A DNA stretch of 15,676 nucleotides from Candidatus Eiseniibacteriota bacterium (GCA_052390515.1 JBQTGV010000042.1:1-15676); one strand, 5' to 3'. Counted from the stretch's first letter, positions 1 to 8,101 are shown. The notes: generated by a model from the sequence alone, not told the origin. Made by a program: numbers and translations.

Positions 1-450
1 CGAACCGGCGATATCGCGCTGCCCTATCCCGTCGGCACCTGGGGCCCGCTGTCGCCACGGACGGGCTGGGTGGCCGGATCAGAGGCCCTGGCCTCGGCCT
101 TGGCGTTCTACCGCGCCGTCGACGTCGCCTTCTTTCCCTCGGGCCACGTCATCACGCGCCCGTCGTTCGTGCCCGCCACGCTGCTCAACAACATCAACCT
201 CGGCTATCCGCGGCTCACGCAGTGCCTGAAGCCTGGGATGCCGCCGGCGCTCTGGGAATTCGCGCAGCCCGCTATCGACGGCAATTACCTGTGGGTCTAC
301 TACGAGCCGCGGACGTGCTGCATCGACCCGGTCGGGATCTGTACGTCGTTTACGGAACACACGGATCCCCGCATCCGTATGGCGTGCGCCGAGTTGACCT
401 CACACGGCGGCTTACGCCGGCTCCTCGGCAAGCGCGCCGTCCTCGGCTAA
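1..450 (+). CDS. traU: TraU-family conjugative transfer protein, C-terminal part (5'-truncated by window edge)
   Basis: Frame 1 is open from base 1 to TAA 448-450. The segments GTWGPLSPRTGWV..ASALAFYRAVDV..PSGHV..QC..DGNYLWVYYEPRTCC follow the TraU/PFL_4710-type C-terminal pattern as recalled (WGxxYPRxG, AAxxAxRAxD, DGxYxWxxWxxxxCC). Confidence 0.7.
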   Translation, partial: RTGDIALPYPVGTWGPLSPRTGWVAGSEALASALAFYRAVDVAFFPSGHVITRPSFVPATLLNNINLGYPRLTQCLKPGMPPALWEFAQPAIDGNYLWVYYEPRTCCIDPVGICTSFTEHTDPRIRMACAELTSHGGLRRLLGKRAVLG

Positions 451-512
451 GTGCTGCAGCAGGTCCGCGCGGGCGATCCGGTGGCCGTCCGTGGCGTGCG
501 GGTCGACAGGTC

Positions 513-2420
513 ATGAAGACGCGGACGCTCCGCCCGTATCAGGTCGCCTGCCACGACACGACGATTTCGGCGTTCGAGCGGCACCGACGCGTCCTGAACG
601 TCTTGCCGACCGGGGCCGGCAAGACCGTCGTCTTCGCCAAGGTGGCGGAGACGATGCGCGAGCGCGGGCGCGTGCTCGTTCTCGCGCACCGTGAGGAATT
701 GATCGAGCAGGCCCGCAACAAGATCGGCGCCTGGACCTCGCTCACCACGGCGGTCGAAATGGGCCAGCAGCGGGCTTACGGTTCGCTCGGGGCGGGCGCC
801 GACGTCGTCGTGGCCTCAGTCCAGACCCTCTCGCGCCCTGCCCGCCTGGAGCGGTTCAAATCGGGGGACTTCGGACTCGTGATCGTGGACGAGGCCCACC
901 ACGCGCCGGCAGAGACCTACCAGCGTGTCATCGACCACTTCGCCGAGGCCAAGGTGCTCGGCATGACGGCGACCCCCGACCGCCTGGACACGACGGGGCT
1001 GGAAACGACGTTCGACACGGCGGGCTTCGTGTACGAGCTCCGCGACGCGATCCACGACCGCTGGCTCGTGCCGATCCGCCAGCTGATCGCGCATATCGAC
1101 GGGCTCGATATCTCCAGTGTCCGTACGGTCGCCGGCGACTTCAACGAGCAGGACCTGGAACGCGAGATGATCCAGGCGGACTCCCTGCACGGCGTCGCAA
1201 AGGCGACGGTCGCCGCCGCCGGTCCCGATCGGAAGGCCCTCGTCTTCGCGACGACGATCGCCCACGCCCATGCGCTGGCCGAGACGTTCGGGCACTACAC
1301 GGACCGCGCCGGCGTGCTCGCGCTCAGCGGCCAGGACTCGGACGAGGACCGGAAGGAGGGGCTCCGGCGCTTCGCGAACGGCGACGTCCGGTTCCTCGTG
1401 AACTGTCTCCTATTTACGGAGGGCTTCGACCAACCGGACATCGGACTCGTGGCCATCGCGCGGCCGACGAAGAGCCGCGCCCTCTACAGTCAAATGGTCG
1501 GGCGCGGGACGCGGACGTGGTGTCCGAAGGGGTGCGACGGCTACTGCGACCACGAGAAGCGGAAGCCCGATCTCATCATCGTAGACTTCGCTGGCAACGC
1601 CGGCAACCACGCCCTGGTCAACTGCGTGGACATTCTCGGCGGCAACGCCGACCACGAGATCCGCGCGCGCGTGATGCGGCGGCTCGCCAAGGCCGATGCC
1701 GTGGACGTCTTGAGCGAGCTCGACGAGCAGCAGCGGCAGATGGCCGAGTCCCTCCGGCGGGAGGCGCTTGAAGCGGCGAAGCGCGAGCGCGAGCGCCAGG
1801 CGCTTGAAGCGGCGAAGGACGAGCGCGAGACGACGGTGGCCTTCACGGAGGTGGACCCGTTCACGACCGTGTTCTCCGTGCTCAAGGTCCGCCCGATCGC
1901 CGGCCTCAAGGGCGGCCTCGAGCCGACCCCCGCCCAGGTCGACGAGCTCAAGAAGCACAGGGTTGACCTGGACCTCAAGGCCGCCTTCAAGAGGCTGGAC
2001 CGGGGCCAAGCCGAGGAAATCCTGGCCGCCATCCGAAGCCGGCACCGAAACAACCTCTGCACCTACAAGCAGGCCCGGGTGCTCGTCCGGTTCGGCTTCA
2101 ACCCGGATGTCTCGTTCGGGAACGCGAGCGCGATCATGGACGCGCTGGCGCAGAACAACTGGCGCCCGCTGCCGCCAGCCGAGCACGAGCGGCTCGCGGC
2201 GGCGCACGTGCCGGTGCCGGCGCCGAAGCAGCGCGCGATGCCGGAGGCCCTCCTGGCGGATCTCCGCGGCCGGGGCTTCGCCCTAAGGCGCGTGGACGGT
2301 GACACCATCCGGGTCACGCCGGGGTCCAAGCTCACGCCTGACGACGTGGCGGCAATCCGGGAGGCCAAGGGCGCGCTCGTGGACCTGCTCAAGGCGGAAC
2401 GCAACGACGGGCAACGATGA
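513..2420 (+). CDS. SF2 DEAD/DEAH-box helicase, Irc3/ResIII-like, about 635 aa, with C-terminal TubC_N-like domain
   Basis: Q motif LRPYQ, Walker A LPTGAGKT, motif Ia LAHREELIEQA, II DEAHH, III MTATP, V FTEGFD, VI QMVGRGTR. Start set at ATG 513 because the track's extension to 222 overlaps traU. Confidence 0.92.
   Translation: MKTRTLRPYQVACHDTTISAFERHRRVLNVLPTGAGKTVVFAKVAETMRERGRVLVLAHREELIEQARNKIGAWTSLTTAVEMGQQRAYGSLGAGADVVVASVQTLSRPARLERFKSGDFGLVIVDEAHHAPAETYQRVIDHFAEAKVLGMTATPDRLDTTGLETTFDTAGFVYELRDAIHDRWLVPIRQLIAHIDGLDISSVRTVAGDFNEQDLEREMIQADSLHGVAKATVAAAGPDRKALVFATTIAHAHALAETFGHYTDRAGVLALSGQDSDEDRKEGLRRFANGDVRFLVNCLLFTEGFDQPDIGLVAIARPTKSRALYSQMVGRGTRTWCPKGCDGYCDHEKRKPDLIIVDFAGNAGNHALVNCVDILGGNADHEIRARVMRRLAKADAVDVLSELDEQQRQMAESLRREALEAAKRERERQALEAAKDERETTVAFTEVDPFTTVFSVLKVRPIAGLKGGLEPTPAQVDELKKHRVDLDLKAAFKRLDRGQAEEILAAIRSRHRNNLCTYKQARVLVRFGFNPDVSFGNASAIMDALAQNNWRPLPPAEHERLAAAHVPVPAPKQRAMPEALLADLRGRGFALRRVDGDTIRVTPGSKLTPDDVAAIREAKGALVDLLKAERNDGQR
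1762..1829 (+). repeat. In-frame 36-bp-period tandem duplication in the helicase (ALEAAKRERE / ALEAAKDERE)
   Basis: AGGCGCTTGAAGCGGCGAAG is exact at 1762-1781 and 1798-1817; the match extends to 32 nt with 2 mismatches. Confidence 0.85.
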
Positions 2421-2737
2421 TTCAACATCGCCTTCAAGACGCCGACACGCGCGTGCGCTGGAGAACCCGGCCGGCCAGCGACGACAACTGGGGCGTCTCG
2501 TCATGCGGACAGAGACCGTGCCGACCGAAGTGCAGGCTATCGCCGCCGCGCTCGTAGCATTGGTCCGTGGTGGCCTTCCGCGTCGCGTTCCTACGCGCTG
2601 CCATGAACAGGGGTGCGACAAACCCGATCTGTCCGCCAATCTAGCCAGCCGCTCGACGCGGGACGGCTCACCCGTCGCAATGGACTGATACGACTTCGGT
2701 GGTCGGGACGCCCCCGGCGCTCCGATAAAACGTGCGC

Positions 2738-4501
2738 ATGTCCCCAGCGCAAGAGAAGGCTGGCGCCGTCGCCGAGTCCGCCCCGTCCGCACCTGCGTCG
2801 GCCTCCGCTGTGTCCGCGCCCGCGGCGACCGCCAACCTGCGAGGCTTGGCCGCCGTCCTCGTCGAGCGCGGGTGGGTGCGAGTGGACGAGATCGAGGCCG
2901 CCCTCCAGGTCGCTGAGCGTACAGGGGAACGCGTCGGCACGATCCTCGTCCGCCGTGGGCGCATCACCGACATGCAACTCGCCGAGGCGCTTGCCGTCGC
3001 CTACCAGATGCCGTGGACCGCCCTCGACGAGAGCGAGGTCGATGTCGACGCGCTTCGCAACGGGGTCGTCTCGTTCGAGATCGCGGAAACGAGCCAGGTC
3101 ATCCCGTTGCTGGGACCGACGGGACAGCGGCGCCTCGGCATGGCGGACCCGGGGCGACTCGACATCATCGACCAGTTGCGCCGGGCCGGCGTGCGCGTCT
3201 CCCCCGTGATCGTCCCCGCCTCTCGGCTGAGCCTCGTGCTCTCGCGCCTCGACCCGGAAGACCCGAAGACGAAGATCAATCGGCTGATCCAGCGCGCGCA
3301 GGGGACGACCGTCGCAGCCGACGAGGGCTACGTCCTGCAGCTCACGAAAGTGCTGCTCACGCAGGCGATGCAAGTCGGCGCCTCGGACATTCACATCGAG
3401 CCGGATCAGACCACGGTGCGCGTGCGACTCCGTATCGATGGCGTGCTCACCCAGGTCTACACATTCCCTGGCAACCTGCACCAGACACTCATCAACGCCA
3501 TCAAGATCGCCGCCAGCATGGACATTTCCGTGAGGCACCTCCCGCAGGACGGCCGGCTGGTGCACCACGGGCTCGGCCGGACCATCGATGTCCGGATCGC
3601 GACGTATCCCGGCGTCTACGGCGAGCACGTCGTCCTGCGGCTCCTCGACAAGCTCACCGCGCTCCGTCCGCTCGAGGACATCGGGTACACGGCGCCGCTC
3701 CTCGAACGGATGCGCGGCATCCTGACGCGGCCGCACGGCATCTTCCTCGTCACAGGCCCGACGGGCTCGGGAAAGACGACGACTCTCTACGCCTGTCTCG
3801 TCCGGATGACGTCGTCGGAAGTCTCGATCATGACGATCGAGGATCCGGTGGAGTACGAGCTGGCGCTCGTCAAGCAGGCGCAGATGGACGAGAAGGCCGG
3901 GTTCACGTTCGAGAACGCTCTCCGATCGATGTTGCGCGCGGACCCCGACGTCATCCTCGTTGGCGAGATTCGCGACGCCGAGACCGCGGCGCTGGCGTGT
4001 CAGGCCGCGCTCACGGGCCACCTGGTGCTCTCCACCCTGCACACCAACTCCGCCCCGGAGGCCATCTCGCGGCTGCTGGAGTTTCAGGTGCAACGCCACG
4101 TGCTCGCCGCGGCCCTTCGCGGCATCGTCGGCCAGCGCCTCGTGCGGCGCGCCTGTCCTGCCTGTGCACGGCGTCGGCCGCCAACCGAGGACGAGGCGGG
4201 CTGGTTCCGAGACGCCCTCGGCGAGGTTCCTCTGAGCGTGCCCGAGGCGGTGGGGTGTGAGCGGTGCCGGAAGACGGGCTACGCGGGGCGCACCGCGATC
4301 GCCGAGTTCTTTGCGGTCACGCCGCAGATCCAGGACAGCATCGCCACCGGCGAGAGCCTCGGGCGGTTGATGCAGCAGGACCCCGGCTACAAGCCCCTGG
4401 CGTTCGACGGGCTGGAGAAAGTCGCTCAGGGGCAGACGACCATCGCCGAAGTCATGCGCGTGGCGGAATGGCAACTATTGTCTCGCGTGTCGACCACGTA
4501 A
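2738..4501 (+). CDS. pilB: PilB/GspE/MshE-family pilus assembly ATPase
   Basis: N-terminal MshEN-like helices, ASDIHIEP, RLRIDGVL, LPQDG, Walker A GPTGSGKTTT, Asp box TIEDPVE, Walker B DPDVILVGEIRD, His box TGHLVLSTLH, Zn motif CPAC...CERC. Start is ATG 2738 (alternative GTG 2732). Confidence 0.95.
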   Translation: MSPAQEKAGAVAESAPSAPASASAVSAPAATANLRGLAAVLVERGWVRVDEIEAALQVAERTGERVGTILVRRGRITDMQLAEALAVAYQMPWTALDESEVDVDALRNGVVSFEIAETSQVIPLLGPTGQRRLGMADPGRLDIIDQLRRAGVRVSPVIVPASRLSLVLSRLDPEDPKTKINRLIQRAQGTTVAADEGYVLQLTKVLLTQAMQVGASDIHIEPDQTTVRVRLRIDGVLTQVYTFPGNLHQTLINAIKIAASMDISVRHLPQDGRLVHHGLGRTIDVRIATYPGVYGEHVVLRLLDKLTALRPLEDIGYTAPLLERMRGILTRPHGIFLVTGPTGSGKTTTLYACLVRMTSSEVSIMTIEDPVEYELALVKQAQMDEKAGFTFENALRSMLRADPDVILVGEIRDAETAALACQAALTGHLVLSTLHTNSAPEAISRLLEFQVQRHVLAAALRGIVGQRLVRRACPACARRRPPTEDEAGWFRDALGEVPLSVPEAVGCERCRKTGYAGRTAIAEFFAVTPQIQDSIATGESLGRLMQQDPGYKPLAFDGLEKVAQGQTTIAEVMRVAEWQLLSRVSTT

Positions 4502-5610
4502 TCCGCGAGATGGACGCCGCCGACGCGGCGCCGTCGCTCGTGGACCGCACGTACAGGGTGGTCGACGTGCTGCGGGACCGGTACGAGCGCAAGGCCCGCC
4601 AGCTCACGAAGCGGCAGATGGCCGACATGCTCGACGAGCTCGGCGACCTCCTGGAGGCTGGGCTCGGGTTGACGACGGCGCTCAACGTCGTCGCCGACGC
4701 CGCCTCGGTGCCGATCGTGCAACGCGCGGCGCTCGGCATTCGGCGTCGCCTCGAACACGGCTCCACGCTGTCGGCCGCGATGGAACAGGAGGGCTTCTCC
4801 TCGCTCGCCTCCTCGGCCGTGAAGGCGGCGGAGGAGACGGGCGAGTTCGCGCACATCTTTCGCGATATCAGCCAGACGATTCGCCGAGAGATCGGCACCC
4901 GGAGCGAGGTGCTGAAGGCGATGGCCTACCCGGCGTTCATCCTGCTCTTGCTCGGCGGTGTCATCGTTCTGTTCCTGACGTACGTCCTGCCGAGGATCGA
5001 ACCCCTGCTCGGCGACGAGCGCCCCCTCGCGACGCGGCTGTTGATCGGCATGGCGGACCTCGTCACGCGCTACTGGCTGTTGCTGCTCATCGCCGGCGGC
5101 ATCGGGATGTACCTGCTGCGCGGACTGTTCCGCTCCTCGGCGCGCTTCACGCTCCCGGTGCTCGGGCCGTTTTTCCGCACGCTCGCGCTCGAGCGCCTGT
5201 TCGGCTACCTCGGCCTCCTCGTGCGGAGCGGTGTCCATCTGATCCGCGCCTTGGACGTCACTGCCCTCGCCGTCCAGGACCCCGTCCTCTCCGGGCGGTG
5301 TCAGGCGATCGTCCGGCGTCTGCAACACGGCATGCCGCTCGCCGAGGCGATGCGCGCCGAGCCACTCATCCCGCCGATCGCGGTCCAGCTCATCGCGGTC
5401 GGAGAACAGGCCGGGATGCTCGACAAGCAATTCACGAAGATGCACACGCTGATGAAGTTGCGGATCGAGAAGCAGATCAAGGCGCTGGTCGCCATGGTCG
5501 GCCCGACGATGCTGATTGTCTCGGCGGGCTTCATCCTGCTGCTGTTCTTCGGCTTGTTCCTTCCCATGTACGAGAACATGTCGAGCCAGCAACTCCTGAA
5601 GAAGTTCTGA
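4468..5610 (+). CDS. pilC: PilC/GspF inner-membrane platform protein
   Basis: Two T2SSF repeats (LGDLLEAGLGLTTAL..AAEETGEF..AMAYP; LLVRSGVHLIRAL..AVGEQAGML) and three hydrophobic segments. Start is ATG 4468 (overlapping the pilB end) or ATG 4510. Confidence 0.93.
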   Translation: MATIVSRVDHVIREMDAADAAPSLVDRTYRVVDVLRDRYERKARQLTKRQMADMLDELGDLLEAGLGLTTALNVVADAASVPIVQRAALGIRRRLEHGSTLSAAMEQEGFSSLASSAVKAAEETGEFAHIFRDISQTIRREIGTRSEVLKAMAYPAFILLLLGGVIVLFLTYVLPRIEPLLGDERPLATRLLIGMADLVTRYWLLLLIAGGIGMYLLRGLFRSSARFTLPVLGPFFRTLALERLFGYLGLLVRSGVHLIRALDVTALAVQDPVLSGRCQAIVRRLQHGMPLAEAMRAEPLIPPIAVQLIAVGEQAGMLDKQFTKMHTLMKLRIEKQIKALVAMVGPTMLIVSAGFILLLFFGLFLPMYENMSSQQLLKKF

Positions 5611-5665
5611 GCATGCGCCTGCACGCGTCGTGGAGGAGGACGTCTCCCATGCTGTCGAGGTCCGC

Positions 5666-8041
5666 GTGAACACCGCGTCGAGAACTATTCTGTCCGTGGC
5701 GGTCGCCGTGCTGGCGGCCGGTGGCTGCGCCACCACCGAGCCCGACAGCCGGATTCCACCCGCGTTCGGCCCCGGACAGTTCCGACTCGTGTCGCAATAC
5801 TTTCCCGGTGCGTTGCCACCGACGCACACCGACACCACCGCGCGCGCGGCAGCGCCGGAGCCGGTGTCGACGCCTCCCGTCGACAGAGCGCCCACGGCGC
5901 CCTCCCGCGGCTCCATCGCGCCTCCCGGCGTGATCGCCACCGTGCCCGCGCCGACCGAGAGGGGCTCGCTGGACAGCGGCGAGCGAGGTGCGACCTCATC
6001 CGCAGAGCCCGGTGTGGACCGGATGGACGGACGTCGGGTGGTGCTGCCGCCAACGGCGCCGCTCGTCGAGCAGTTGCCGAATGACGTCGTGAGCGCGCTG
6101 CTGCCGCCTGCGTCGCTTCCTGCGCCCGCTGGTCCAGCGGACGGATCGGACGCATCGACGCCACCACCAGCGCTGCAGACGGCACGAGCCGGCACGCCCG
6201 TTCCGACCGTCGTCGCGCCTACTTCGCCACCGACGACGGCCCCTGTGGTTTCGGCGCTCGTGCCCCGGGCTACAGAGCCACCGGCCGAGGCGCCTCGCGA
6301 GGCTCTGGCGCCAGCACCCACGGCTCCCACGCCCCCGCAGGCGAGTGCCCCATCAGTGACAATGCCGACGCCGATCCCGCCGGCTGTCCCGACCGTCGGC
6401 TCGCCGCCTGCACCAATGCCGGTGCCCGCCGCGCCAACGCCGCCCGCGGTGATCTCCCCACCGGTCGCGGCCACACCGGCGCCGACGGTCCAGTCGCCGA
6501 CGCCGGCACAACCGCCGGCTCCGCCCGCCGTCGCGACGGCATCGGTGCCGCTCGTGTCGCTGCGTGCGGAAGAGGTGCCGCTGTTGACCATCCTGCGCTT
6601 GTTGAGCCAGAGCGCAGGGCTGAAGCTTGAGCTCGGCCGCGGTATCGAGCGCAAGCCTCCCATCAGTGTGGAGTTCGTGGACGAACCGGTCGACGCGGCC
6701 GTGCGGTCTCTGGTGAACGACTACGGATGGGAAGTTGTGATCGACGGCGATCGCCTGCGGGTGAGCGGTGAGGTCACGCGTCGCCTGCGCCTCAACTTCC
6801 CGCACATGAGCCGGACATACGCGACAACGATCGGCGGGAACACCTTCGGCGGGGAGGGCGGCGGCTCCGCGGCCACCGTGGCCGTGAGCTATGAAGGCGG
6901 CAGTGAAGATTCTTGGAAGGCCGTCGACCAGCACGCCAAGACAATTCTGGGTCAGTTCGGGACGGTCCAGATCCACAAGGACACCGGCGTTGTCTGGATC
7001 AAGGGGCGGCCCGATGTTGTGCAAGAGGCAGTGCGCGAACTGGAGCGCATCGACTACGAGCTGTCGCGCCAAGTGTTCCTCGACGTGTCCGTGATCGATG
7101 TCACTATCAGCGATCGCCAGCGCTACGGCATCGACTGGGGCAAGGTCTTCGAGCTGGGGCAGGCCGCCGCGTGGGGGAGCCTGAGCATCGCGCAGCCGTT
7201 GAGTGGCATCGGCGGCGGGCTCGTCGGGAGCGCCTTCTCCGTCACGCTCTCGCGCCGCGAACGGCCCGACCAGATCGTGCTGCGCGCACTGTCCGAGCAG
7301 GGCAACGCCCGGATCCTCTCGCAGCCGAAGATCCTCGTCACGAATGGCCAGACGGCGACGATGCAGGTGGGCGAGGTGCTGCCCTACGTGTCGAAAGTCA
7401 CCCTCGCGACGCTCCCCGGCGTCGTGGTGCCCCAGGCGACACCACAGACCGGACAGCCCGGCACGACCGACCAGGGAACGCAAGCGCCAGCAGGCGTGGC
7501 CCAGACGGGCCAGCCAAGTGCGGCTCCGAACAGCACCGCAGCTGGGGCCCCCACCACCCCCGGCGCGGTGACGACACCAAACTCGTTCGGAACGTCGAGC
7601 GTGGTGGCGACGCCAACGATCGATCGCGTGCAGTCCGGCCTCACGATCGGCATCAGTCCGCGCATTCAAGAGGACGAGATTCTGCTGCAACTCACGCCCG
7701 TGCTGAACGAAGTCACCTCGTTCAAGTCCTTCACCGTCGGAACGACGAGTTTCGAACAGCCGGTCATCGCCACGAAGTCCCTCGCCACGGTGGCGCGAGC
7801 ACGAAGCGGTGAGACCGTGATCCTCGGCGGCCTCATCGACGGCAAGACGCGCAAGGCCGTCGACGGGGTCCCCGTAATTTCCCGCATTCCGATTCTCGGG
7901 GTGCTGTTCCGCAGCGAGGACTACAGCGTAACCAGCCGCGAGCTGGTCATTCTCATCACACCGTCGATCCGTCCGGCTGGCCCTCTCGCGCCGGCGCCTG
8001 CCTCCGCCGCGCCCGCCGCCACGCCGGCCTCGCGCCCGTAA
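5666..8041 (+). CDS. Outer-membrane secretin (MshL/PilN-like, probable lipoprotein) with long Pro/Ala/Thr-rich N-terminal linker
   Basis: Secretin core motifs RQVFLDVSVIDV..YGIDW, LSQPKILVTNGQTA, SGETVILGGLI and VPVISRIPILGVLFR..RELVILITP. GTG 5666 (GAGG upstream) gives the signal peptide MNTASRTILSVAVAVLAAGG|C. The Gly/Ser segment followed by EDSWKAV resembles MshL-type N domains. Confidence 0.92.
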   Translation: MNTASRTILSVAVAVLAAGGCATTEPDSRIPPAFGPGQFRLVSQYFPGALPPTHTDTTARAAAPEPVSTPPVDRAPTAPSRGSIAPPGVIATVPAPTERGSLDSGERGATSSAEPGVDRMDGRRVVLPPTAPLVEQLPNDVVSALLPPASLPAPAGPADGSDASTPPPALQTARAGTPVPTVVAPTSPPTTAPVVSALVPRATEPPAEAPREALAPAPTAPTPPQASAPSVTMPTPIPPAVPTVGSPPAPMPVPAAPTPPAVISPPVAATPAPTVQSPTPAQPPAPPAVATASVPLVSLRAEEVPLLTILRLLSQSAGLKLELGRGIERKPPISVEFVDEPVDAAVRSLVNDYGWEVVIDGDRLRVSGEVTRRLRLNFPHMSRTYATTIGGNTFGGEGGGSAATVAVSYEGGSEDSWKAVDQHAKTILGQFGTVQIHKDTGVVWIKGRPDVVQEAVRELERIDYELSRQVFLDVSVIDVTISDRQRYGIDWGKVFELGQAAAWGSLSIAQPLSGIGGGLVGSAFSVTLSRRERPDQIVLRALSEQGNARILSQPKILVTNGQTATMQVGEVLPYVSKVTLATLPGVVVPQATPQTGQPGTTDQGTQAPAGVAQTGQPSAAPNSTAAGAPTTPGAVTTPNSFGTSSVVATPTIDRVQSGLTIGISPRIQEDEILLQLTPVLNEVTSFKSFTVGTTSFEQPVIATKSLATVARARSGETVILGGLIDGKTRKAVDGVPVISRIPILGVLFRSEDYSVTSRELVILITPSIRPAGPLAPAPASAAPAATPASRP

Positions 8042-8101
8042 CGCCCGGCTACTCCGCCCGTCGCATGCGGCGCGGCGGAGTACGTCGCTTCTTCCGTTAC
8101 G
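8037..8101 (+). promoter_or_regulatory. Extended stem-loop between secretin and major pilin genes (possible terminator/processing site)
   Basis: TACTCCGCC 8050-8058 pairs with GGCGGAGTA 8074-8082; inner CGTCG/CGGCG surrounds CATG; outer CGTAACG 8037-8043 pairs with CGTTACG 8095-8101. Only a weak pyrimidine tract (CTTCTTCC) follows. Confidence 0.5.

Noticed and set aside
222-512. N-terminal extension of the helicase ORF in the track
   Set aside because: It overlaps traU in another frame and is Arg-rich without motifs; the Q motif begins right after ATG 513.
2600-2737. Possible c-di-GMP-I riboswitch or sigma70 promoter before pilB (GGGACG, GCGACA-N16-CAATCT)
   Set aside because: It lacks the GCAAA/GNRA and P2 features of the riboswitch, and the promoter match is too weak to call.
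5800-6549. CRISPR array or nucleotide tandem repeat in the low-complexity secretin region
   Set aside because: The repetitiveness is only at amino-acid composition level; no repeat-spacer periodicity was seen anywhere in the window.
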